Source: Macrostomum hystrix | Lineage: Eukaryota > Animalia > Platyhelminthes | DNA length: 64,000 bases | Assembly (NCBI GenBank): GCA_950097015.1 | Contig: CATNEN010000008.1 | Span: 1,302,001-1,366,000, forward strand | Reading direction: 5' to 3' | In this document: in pieces, positions 23,963 to 34,705 of the stretch | Layout: each line of letters opens with the position of its first letter | How positions within the stretch are numbered: the first letter of the stretch is position 1 | Notes under the pieces: generated by a model | The model's input: only the letters and a program-made list of their open reading frames with translations | The model's database searches: none | Told to the model about the DNA's origin: nothing | Program-made: the position numbers and the translations under genes

Positions 23963-24566
23963 GGGCTCTGGCTAAAATCCTCATATTCTAAATCGTCATA
24001 TGACAATTGTAAAAAAATAACAACATTATCTAAATTGACATATTGTCCGCATTGGACAATGTGACATTAACGAAGTCGTCATATTGTTATTTTATTGGCT
24101 CCGCAAACAGCTTTGTTGTTGAAAGTATAAGCAAAGCGAATCATACATTTTTGGCCTTGTCTCACTTGGCTCAACAAAAATAATGTCATTTGAGCCACTC
24201 AAAGTATATTGCACATTACATAACATGTGCACTAAATTTCATTCAGCATATAGCTATGTACATGTAACTCAAATGTGCCTTTCTAATGCATTGTCATGAT
24301 TTGCAATATTTGCACATTGCATTTGTCTGTTCATTGTGCCTACCTAAAGCTTTTATTGGTGCTTTTTTATCAGCATTTACTTTTAACTGCCTTTAAATCA
24401 ATTAATTGTTTGAATTACGCATCATCAAATATTCAAATCACATTCATAATTAAAATGAGCAACGAACAAATAGTCAAGATCGTCATATTAAATTGAATAT
24501 TGTGACACTTGCGCAAATCGTCATCATCATATGACGTTTTAGAATATGATGATTTGATCTGTACCC
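23963..24566. mobile_element. MITE (604 bp) with ~40-bp TIRs and apparent 7-bp target-site duplication
   Basis: AAATCCTCATATTCTAAATCGTCATATGA (23975-24003) is a 27/29 inverted match to 24527-24555. GGG...CCC termini; flanks GTGCAAC (23956-23962) and ATGCAAC (24567-24573). Confidence 0.65.
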
Positions 24567-25504
24567 ATGCAACGCAACCACAGTACACCATTGCCTAGTC
24601 TGTCAACCAATCAGTTACCACTTAATGCTGTTAGCATTCAGGTGCTACCAAATAAATGCTAGGCATAACTATGGGCAACAAGATGGTATAAAAACGGGCA
24701 GCAAAATGGCTTGGTAGCCCTACTGTTGATCAAACTTATATTTATGGCTATCTACACAGCAATAACCCTAGCGAAGCTATTTACTGAATTAGCTACTTAG
24801 ATAACTAATATTGGGGTTATATGTATTTGCCCACTGTAATTGCACAGGCAAATTGATGACTAAATAAAAAAAATAATAAAATTATTGTAGAGTTATTGGT
24901 TAAGCTGGTCATTGTTAAAACATTTTATGACGAAAAAACTGATTACGTCTATGAATACAAAAACGATATTTGTTCAGTAATTTTATCATAGCAGAAAAAA
25001 TATTATTGTTGATATTGTTGCCAACGACCATTTTAAAAAATCGTGTTCTAGTGGTCATTGGTTGTTGCATCTAAGATATTGTCCTAACTTCGCAAGGCTT
25101 AAATTAAGAAATTTAAATATTGGTTTTATAGGAACTAACAAAAATACATGTTTTCACTCTTAGTGTAGATTACAAATATGACTAAAATAATCAGTTATAA
25201 ATTAAAAATATTTTAAAATTTGGTTAAATATATTGTTGACTATAGTACTGTCTAGCTTTGTTTCTACAGTTTTTGAGTCATTCGCTTGTTTTAATTTTGA
25301 AAATTCTGCATTTTTAGATCCCCAGATTATAAACATTTATTTATAATTGTGCTAAGTTTTATTCCACCAAAATATTGTAAATATTGTATATGTCTTGAAA
25401 AAACATATAATATCTTATTTAAACTATAAGACTACGAAGAACGTTTCACTTTGTACCTTGCTAATGACTGACTTTAATAGATCATCAAACGGGATTTAAA
25501 AGAA

Positions 25505-28500
25505 ATGGACGAGAGTACATCATTAGTTGAAGTAACGGAAGTAGTTTCAGCCGTTAAGCGGTTAAGTGAATTAAGTAAGTTGTCGAATTACTTCCTTCTT
25601 TCGATACCCAGGCTTCATTAATATTTGAACGACTTTTTACTTGTCAAGAAATTTCAAGAAGAAAATTTTTCTATTCAACATTTTTACTAAGCTTTGAAAA
25701 CTTCTTGTCATATTTTTAAGCATCATTTTTTATACATAAGGTCCCAGCATATTCTAATAAGCAGTGAAAATGTGAACTATATGTTTTAAGGTGAGCGAAT
25801 GAGAACTAAATCATTTGGGTTCGGAGAAGCCGATATCTCCCACATCGACAATATTATAGACGCACTTCACGAGCTGGTAAGAAGTCGCTAAGCGTTTTTT
25901 ATACGTTTTTTTATTTATGAATTTTTAAAGGATGTCTAATTCTATATTTTTAACAGGATATGCACAAATGTCACGCAAAAGATGTGCTTGAGACTGAAAC
26001 AATAAAATGTGCCGCAGTTCGGCACAAACTCATGCACTATCCGGACGAAATCAATCGAGAGATTTATGGTAAAAAAACAGAATTCATGTCTAATACTCCT
26101 AAAATAAATCAATAATTAGTGAAAAGCGTTTAACCAATTTATTTAAATTAACAAACAGAAGCTGTTCTGGTTGCAAGACAGTCAAATGAAGCCACAATCG
26201 GCAAGATCAAACGGCAGCTCGAGCAGCTAACAGGCGAAGCCGAGAAAGTCGAACAGCTGGCTGACAGAGTCGATGCTGAGAATGAAAAGCTGAGGTTGGT
26301 GATGCTTTGCTCAAAGCTATTGATTACTTTGTGTGATTAAAATTAAAAAATAGAGAAATGGAGACCTTGGTGCCAGAGACAAGCGCGATTGATCGGTCTG
26401 CCACTGACTCCTAGAAAATTTGCTTGGATTTAAAGGAATTTTTTATTCTGAAATTTTCAGACCAGAAATGGCAGCCATAAAGTCGGATTTCGACGCCAAC
26501 TTCGCCCGACTAAACGACCTCCTAGCGGAAAAGGCCGCTTGCCAGATTGAGCTCAACGATATGCGCGAAGAATTGCGACAGGCCAACTCCCGCATAGTCG
26601 ACCTGGAAGAGGACTCGCTGCTGCTGGCGGAACGGATGGTCGAGGAGCGGCAGCAGCATGTTGACACCATGCAAAGCCTGCGCGAAGAGACGGTGAAGGA
26701 ATACATATGTTTATCTCGTTACTATCTACTTAAAGTAGTTACCTACTTAAAACCTACTTAAACTACTTAAACCTACTTAAACTACTTAAAGGTAAAAAAA
26801 CTAATCCTCTACTGTACAGATTGGAAATGTGTATACCTAGTAGGGATGAGCAGGGATGAGTAGGGATGAGCAGGGATGAGTAAGGATGAGCAGGGATGAG
26901 TAAGGATGAGCAGGGATGAGTAAGGATGAGCAGGGATGAGCAGGGATGAGCAGGGATGAGCAGGGATGAGCAAGGATGAGCAGAGATGAGTAAGGATGAG
27001 CAGGGATGAGCAGGGATGAGTAAGGATGAGCAGGGATGAGCAGGGATGAGCAGGGATGAGCAAGGATGAGCAGAGATGAGTAAGGATGAGCAGGGATGAG
27101 CAGGGATGAGTAAGGATGAGCAGGGATGAGCAGGGATGAGCAGGGATGAGTAAGGATGAGCAGGGATGAGTAAGGATGAGCAGGGATGAGTAAGGATGAG
27201 CAGGGATGAGTAAGGATGAGCAGGGATGAGCAGGGATGAGCAGGGATGAGCAGGGATGAGTAAGGATGAGCAGGGATGAGCAGGGATGAGCAGGGATGAG
27301 CAGGGATGAGTAGGTATGTGCAGGGATGAGCAGGGATGAGCAGGGATGAGCAGGGATGAGTAAGGATGAGCAGGGATGAGCAGGGATGAGCAGGGATGAG
27401 CAGAGATGAGCAGGGATGAGCAGAGCCAAAGCAGCTGTAGTACAAGCGAACATACTAGTATAACTGAGCAACTGAGCAAAATTCTCTTTGAATGCAAGAA
27501 AACAAGTGAATAATAAAATTTCAGACTCGTGTTGAGCATCGTCTGAGTAGCTGCATCGTCAAGGAGGATGAGAAGCGGAGAGAATTTCTTGCCGTCAACG
27601 AGATACTTGAGCAGTCCGATTTGGAACTGGGTGACGCGATTCAGGTGTGCAAATACATTCGCAGTTATATGTGATCACAAAGTTCTAAGCAAATAAGTGA
27701 CTGAGAAAATTCCTTACTATATACTTGTATTTTCATACAAAATTCCCTTCTAGGAGCACAATTACCTGGAGCACGGAATAGCTATGCTGCAATTGCAGCA
27801 GCAGGACACTGACAAAGAGCAGGCACTAATCCAGATGAACAAGGAGCAATTAAAAAATAACATGTCAGTATTTTTTACATACGCTTTTTTGCATAAAATA
27901 AAAATATTTTAATCCGTGTTATCCTACTGACAGTAGGGCGATTAGCTTTATCTTTTTCGTATCCACAATTTAGCGAAGCACTGTCCACACAGAGTCGCTC
28001 ATTGGCATCGGAGCATCAGGTCCAGGTGGCCGAGCTGCAGAGGACACTCGAAGATTTGGAGGTTAAAACTCAACAGCAGACTGTTGTCAAGGAGAAGGCT
28101 GTTGCGAAGAAGACGGAGGTGACTGGTGCGTGACGAGTAATGGAAGTGGTTTAGAGCTGGGATCTGAGAGAGTGAGAGCAGGGATATGAGAGTGAGAGTG
28201 AGATCAGGGATCTGAAAGTAAGGGTGAGAGCATGGATCTGAGAGAGTAAGAGCTGGGATCTGAGAGAGTGAGAGCTGGGATCTGAGAGAGTGAGAGCTGG
28301 GATCTGAGAGAGTAAGAGCTGGGATCTGAGAGAGTGAGAGCTGGGATCTGAGAGAGTAAGAGCTGGGATCTGAGAGAGTGAGAGCTGGGATCTGAGAGAG
28401 TGAGAGCAGGGATCTGAGAGAGTGAGAGCTGGGATCTGAGAGAGTGAGAGCTGGGATCTGAGAGAGTGAGAGCTGGGATCTGAGAGAGTGAGAGCTGGGA

Positions 28501-31500
28501 TCTGAGAGTGAGTGAGAGCAGGGATCTTAGAGTGAGTGAGAGCAGGGATCTTAGAGTGAGTGAGAGCAGGGATCTGAAAGTGAGGATGAGAGCAGGGATC
28601 TGAGTGAGTGAGAGCAGGGATCTGAGAGTGAGTGAGAGCAGGGATCTTAGAGTGAGTGAGAGCAGGAATCTGAGAGTGAGTGAAAGCAGGGATCTTAGAG
28701 TGAGTGAAAGCAGGGATCTTAGAGTGAGTGAAAGCAGGGATCTTAGAGTGAGAGTGAAAGCAGGGATCTTAGAGTGAGAGTGAGAGCGGGGATCTTAGAG
28801 TGAGTGAGAGCAGGGATCTTAGAGTGAGTGAGAGCCGGGATCTTAGAGTGAGAGTGAGAGCAGGGATCTTAGAGTGAGTGAGAGCAGGAATCTGAGAGTG
28901 AGTGAAAGCAGGGATCTTAGAGTGAGTGAAAGCAGGGATCTTAGAGTGAGTGAAAGCAGGGATCTTAGAGTGAGAGTGAAAGCAGGGATCTTAGAGTGAG
29001 AGTGAGAGCGGGGATCTTAGAGTGAGTGAGAACAGGGATCTTAGAGTGAGTGAGAGCCGGGATCTTAGAGTGAGAGTGAGAGCAGGGATCTTAGAGTAAG
29101 TGAGAGCAGGGATCTTAGAGTGAGCGAGAGTTGGGATCAAAGAAAGTGAGAGAAGTGATCTGAGAAAAGTACATAAAAACAGGAGCAAGTGTCTTACTAG
29201 CAGTTTAGTTGTGGTAGTAGTATCAATTGTAGTAAGTTAGCTAGAAAAAATGCACCAATAACTTTTTCAGTTCGAACAGTTACAATCCAAAACAACGAGA
29301 CTAATTCTAAGAAATCACAGGCCACTGAAGACAGGTGAGTGGCTGAAGAAGATGGTAATGTGAGTGCGATGTCCTGAGACATCTAACAGCAAAAATTTTC
29401 CTTTCATTTTCGCAGTCTGAAAGAAGGAAAGCAGAAGTTGAAAGCGAAGTCAACTGATGTGGCCAAGATGCGGCAGGAGATTCTGGATATGGAGGGACGG
29501 CGAGCCGAACTAGAGGACGCGGAGAGGTCAGTATTTTGGCGCCATTTCAAATTGAAAGCGCAATAAAACAAAAGTTATGTTAAAGTACTATTTAATTTTT
29601 TCAGGGCGGAAAAAGAGGGCTGGCTAAATCCTTCGGAGCTGCTGGAGGGGTGAGAGCTGGTTAGATGCACTTTATTATTTACGTGTAAAATTAAGATTAA
29701 AACGATCTACTAACCTACTATTCAGTTTAACCTTACTATTCAGTTTTGTTATAGTTAGAAAACCTATACAATCCAGTTTTTTCGTTAATTGCAAAAAGCA
29801 ATAAATATTTTTTGATCTCAATCATATTACATTCACTTCTGTCAAGCTGTAAACTTAAAAAAAGTTATGAATAAAGTTTGCAATATAATTTGTAAAAATC
29901 CCAGCGGCTCTGAGCAGCTGGTGCAGTTTATGGAGTCACGTGACCGGGTCGCAGAGCAGCAGCAACAGCACAGGACTGTGCCGCCAAGTTCTGCTGAAGA
30001 AACGACTACTCTGCCAGGGGCCAGCGTGATGGAGATTCAGGACACGATCGAGTTGCATCGCCGGCGTAGGCAGCAAAGAGAGGCCCGTCTGGCCAAGGAG
30101 GCGGGTCAGAGGCCCTCGCTGTTCCGGCGGGTCACCGAGTTTGACCTGTGCGAAACAAAATAATAAAAATGAATAAAAATAGCGTTTTTAATTAGAAAAC
30201 ACGTGGGATAGCGATCATGAATTCAGCGTTTTCGATTTTTAAACTGGCGCGTAAATTTAAAGTGGGATATTTACATAAAACACCGGAAAAATTATAACAA
30301 CACGTAAAGCATTAGTCGTGTTTCAAAGTATCAAAACAGGGTTACCAATCACGATCGTCAGTCACGAGAAGTTTTTAAACAATAAAAACTATTTCTACGA
30401 GCAAAAATATGTTGAGTACACGAGTATATCACGGGATAGATGTTGTAGATTGAACGGTTAGATTAAAAAAGCAGTTTGATGTCACGACTAAGGTCGCAGC
30501 ACTACTGAAATTAATAAACAATCAAACAAGATAGATAGACCTATATTTTTTCTCGTTCCTCATTCAGCTTTTAAAATCGTTTTTCAACCTAGATGTTTAC
30601 TATTTTTGCAGATTATATTTACTTTTTGTGCTTCAGTTCTACAGCACGCAAAGTCACTCATTTGAAAAAAACATTTACTTGTTGATCCACACATTGCACC
30701 TTAATTTTTATTTGACCTTGTGACTTTTCGCCTGCTAAAAATGAGTTATAAACGAAAATAATATACACACCATATTACTACTTGTTTCTATTTTTTTCTG
30801 CCAAAGTATTTTTATCGCATTTCGTTTTAAAAAGCCAGCCAAATCCTATTTCTCCGCAGAAACAGTGTCCTGGACTTTAACAAACAGATAGCCGAATGGA
30901 AGGAGAAACTTGAGCAAGAAAGAACAGAAAGGTAATATCGCAATTCAGTATAGTTTATTTTCTATAATTATTGTCTTGGAGCTCAAAAAACATTTTATTT
31001 AGGTTTTAAAAATATAGAATTACATCTTTTGTTCTTATAATAGCTGCAGACGAGAATTGACGTCATTCTAAAAATAGCATATGACGTATTTATTATTGAT
31101 TCTAAAAATAGAAATAATCTTGCACTAACACGTGTCCTATTAGAAATAGAAAATTATGTGTGCAAGCAAACTAATATAAATAGTATAAATTGACAGGCAA
31201 AAAATCGAGTTAGTCAGCGACAAGCTGCGGGCCGACATCAAACAGTTCAACGACGATGACGCAACCGAAGTCAGCGCTATTAACAGCCAGATCGAAGAAT
31301 TTAAGCGCGAGAAGGTCGCGCTGGAACAGGAGGTTTGTCAGGAGGTTTCTCAGAAGACTGAGAAAGGTCTAATAAATTACATATTCTATTGAGCTAATCT
31401 TAGCAGAGAAAATTAACCATACCTTGAATTCTAGCAAAGCCGGCTGCAGTCAACAATGCATTCGGACGAGGCCCGTCAAAACAATTTGAGAGCTCAACTG

Positions 31501-32989
31501 TCGAACCAGAGGAGCCAGTTTGAGAAGGTTCGCTCCGCACTCAAAGCCGAAGCAGATCGTCTGGCCACGGAGGCCGAGCGCTTTCGCCAGGAATCGTCGG
31601 CGCGTGACGCGGAACTGAGCAATTTGGCGCCAAAATTTGCCGAATTCGAAGGCTTCTATCAGCGGGCCATTGTGGACTATGACGCTTTGAAGCGCAGTCT
31701 GGCAGCGTTGAAGAATCGCCGAACTAGATTGGAGGACTCGTCCAGACGGACCGGCGAAGAGATTCAACGCCTCGGCGGCGAGATTGACAGGCTGCGCCGG
31801 GACAAGGAGAGACGCACGGCGCAGTCGGCGGCCGAACTAGACGGCATGGCCGAGGAGCGGATCCGGATTGAGCGAGAGATCTACGCGCTCGGCTGCAAGT
31901 TGCAGACTGTGCTGAGTGAGAATGCCAAGCTCACTGCTGGCGTGGACAGGTGCGAGCAAGATTGGCTTTGTATTTGTAGCAGCTAATGGTTCTGTGGCTT
32001 AATTATGGCGACGACTGGTTGACTAATTTAGTAGCTAATTGAGTAGTCGATTGAGTGGCCGACTGAATGGCTAATTAGGAGGTTAATTTAGTAGCTATTT
32101 AAGTGCCTAATCGAGTGACTGATTGAGAGCCTAATTGAAGGGCTAATTGGGGGCTTAATCGAATGGTTGATTGGGAGCCTAATCCTGAGCCTAATCCTGG
32201 GCTAATCGTGAGCAAGTTTTAGAGGCCTATTTGAGTGTCTAATTAAGGAGCTAATTGAGTGCCTAATTAGGGAGCTCATTGAGTGTCTAATTAAGGAGCT
32301 AATTGAGTGTCTAATTAGGGAGCTAAGTGAGTGTCTAATTAATGAGCTAATTGAGTGTCTAATTAAGGAGCTAATTGAGTGTCTAATTAAGGAGCTAATT
32401 GAGTGTCTAATTAAGGAGCTAATTGAGTGTCTAATTAAGGAGCTAATTGAGTGTCTAATTAAGGAGCTAATTGAGTGTCTAATTAAGGAGCTAATTGAGT
32501 GTCTAATTAAGGAGCTAATTGAGTGTCTAATTAAGGAGCTAATTGAGTGTCTAATTAAGGAGCTAATTGAGTGTCTAACCTCATTTCATGTGCCTAGAGC
32601 ATAACTATAACCTAGTTGACTAATTGATTGGCAAATTGAGCAGCTAATTAATCAGATATCTGTGTGGCTATTATCTTCTCACCAATTTTTTCCGTCGCAG
32701 GCTGGAGCGCCAGATGCGCTCAATGCAACAAACCTGGGAGCGAGCAGTGCCAGCCAAGGCGAGAATTGAGCAGCGTCGAGATTCGTTGGGTCGTCAGCTG
32801 AGATCAGGCAGAGAGTGCGACTTCGCACTAGCAGCCAAATTCCAAGAAACCAATAGAAAATTTCTATCAACCCTGACGATTATCATCGACGATACGGAGG
32901 CTCGCCGGGCCATTGTGGAGGCCGTGGCCGACGGTCTTGATAAGGAGCTGAATTATTTGGAAGATTTTCTGAAAACTTCCGACGAGTAA
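25505..32989 (+). CDS. Long coiled-coil protein, CCDC175-like, long isoform (14 exons, ~715 aa)
   Basis: Exons 25505-25574, 25791-25876, 25957-26068, 26159-26294, 26461-26692, 27525-27644, 27754-27863, 27974-28118, 29321-29334, 29416-29526, 30860-30931, 31197-31332, 31435-31949, 32701-32989, all phase-consistent. Heptad-rich. VLETET...YPDEINREIYEAVLVARQSN resembles my recollection of human CCDC175 (LLEIES...[20 protein letters not shown]). Gene model confidence is higher than family assignment (~0.55). Confidence 0.78.
26840..27425. repeat. 10-bp minisatellite (GATGAGCAGG / GATGAGTAAG)
   Basis: Direct tandem array. Confidence 0.95.
28155..29140. repeat. 22/24-bp minisatellite (GAGCTGGGATCTGAGAGAGTGA; GAGCAGGGATCTTAGAGTGAGTGA)
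   Basis: Direct tandem array with a polar change of unit type. Confidence 0.93.
29605..30163 (+). CDS. Alternative terminal exon pair of the CCDC175-like gene (short isoform, ~479 aa)
   Basis: Exons 29605-29649 and 29905-30163 are phase-2 compatible with the donor at 29526. They end in TAA at 30161-30163, with AATAAA overlapping the stop and a second AATAAA just downstream. Confidence 0.6.
32230..32578. repeat. 24-bp minisatellite of two 12-bp CTAATT modules
   Basis: CTAATTGAGTGTCTAATTAAGGAG tandem; degenerate 12-mers extend upstream to ~31985. Confidence 0.92.
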
Positions 32990-33449
32990 ATGCCACGGAT
33001 GGCGTTATCATACTACTGATTATGAACAACAAAAAGTAGTATAGAAAGGATTTTTTACCGATATATATATCTAAAATATTGTTTTTGTTATTTAGTCACT
33101 TAATTTTTTTCTAGTCTTTAAACAATAACAATTTTTAGGTTGTTTGCAACTTCTACTTCTTTATGAATTTCTACTTTTACCTTCGTGCAATATTAAGTTT
33201 TTTAAGCTTCTGAGTCTATTCAGTGATTACTTTTTCATCTGGTTGCAATTATTTGTTTTACTGCTGTCGTTTTATTACTGCTTATCTGTCTTGGTTTCTA
33301 GCAATAAATGGTTATATTTTGTTTGCCTTTTGGAATATTTTTCATTCGGTCTTCTTCAGGCTAAAGGATGTTCAGATTGTTCTCTTTATAATTTTCTGTG
33401 CTGATTTCAATGGACGATAAAAAAGTTAACAGTTAGGATTGCTGTTAGA

Positions 33450-34186
33450 TCTATGAGGTCTGTGAGAATTAGATCTGTGAGATCTGTTTATCTGTGAGAT
33501 CCGTGAGAGACTTGTGAGATCTGTGACATCTGATGTCTGTGCGATCTGAAATCTGTGAGAGCCCTGAGATATGTGAGATCTGAAATCTGTGAGATCTGAA
33601 ATCTGTGAGATCTGAAATCTGTGAGATCTGAAATCTGTGAGATCTGAAGTCTGTGAGATCTGAAGTCTGTGAGATCTGAAATCTGTGAGATCTGAAATCT
33701 GTGAGATCTGAAATCTGTGAGATCTGAAATCTGTGAGATCTGAAATCTGTGAGATCTGAAATCTGTGAGATCTGAAGTCTGTGAGATCTGAAGTCTGTGA
33801 GATCTGAAATCTGTGAGATCCGTGAGATCTGTGAGATCTGTGAGATCCGTGAGATCTGTGAGATCCGTGAGATCCGTGAGATCCGTGAGATCCGTGAGAT
33901 CCGTGAGATCCGTGAGATCCGTGAGATCCGTTAGATCCGTGAGATCTGGGAGATCTGTGAGATCCGTGAGATCCGTGAGATCCGTGAGATCCGTGAGATC
34001 CGTGAGATCTGTGAGATCCGTGAGATCCGTGAGATCCGTGAGATCCGTGAGATCCGTTAGATCCGTGAGATCTGGGAGATCCGTGAGATCCGTGAGATCC
34101 GTGAGATCTGGGAGATCTGTGAGATCCGTGAGATCCGTGAGATCCGTGAGATCCGTGAGATCTGTGAGATCCGTGAGATCCGTGAG
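33450..34186. repeat. Compound array: 16-bp (CTGTGAGATCTGAAAT) switching to 9-bp (CCGTGAGAT)
   Basis: Direct tandem arrays between the coiled-coil gene and dynein. Confidence 0.93.
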
Positions 34187-34416
34187 AAATATTAAAACAA
34201 AGGACCATGAAAGAATTTTATCCTTTTCAAATATTTATCTTGGAGCTGCAGTCCCTTCTAATTCTGATCCCAATTCCAGCCGTTGCTAACGTTACGATAG
34301 GGATAATAATTAATTCATAGGGGATCAGGGATTTGACTGTAGCCCCTTGGAATGCAGAGAGAAGACCACTGGTTAGCATGGGATGGAAGATAAGGATAAG
34401 TTTGTTGAAATTGCTG

Positions 34417-34421
34417 ATTGG
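34417..34421 (-). promoter_or_regulatory. CCAAT box (CTGATTGGTC) upstream of dynein gene
   Basis: NF-Y-type motif ~90 bp upstream of the X-box. Confidence 0.35.
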
Positions 34422-34510
34422 TCGCCGGACTTCTAAATCTCAATCTGGATCGGGTCCAGTGAGTGAAATGTCCGACCCTACTCAGAACTAGCCTCGGCTC
34501 TGTCTTGTTC

Positions 34511-34524
34511 GTCACCATGGCAAC
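34511..34524. promoter_or_regulatory. RFX X-box GTCACCATGGCAAC in dynein promoter
   Basis: Exact 14-bp X-box 182 bp upstream of the predicted ATG (34706) of an axonemal dynein. RFX control of ciliary genes is established. Confidence 0.7.
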
Positions 34525-34705
34525 GCTTGAGAATGAGACTGCCAGGGCTACGTTTACTTAAAAACTGAGAAAATTTCCGGGTTAGCGACCCCTGATCCCA
34601 ATTCCCTGTTTCACCCCAGTCGGTCAGATATTATTTACCATTTTAGTTTTGTACCGCAAATTTACGATTGACAACTTGAGAGAGAGAGAGAGACCGGTTC
34701 AAGTG

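Noticed and set aside
24665-24679. X-box for the coiled-coil gene (GTTGCCCATAGTTAT on the minus strand)
   Set aside because: Only one good half-site and ~830 bp from the ATG; too weak to call.
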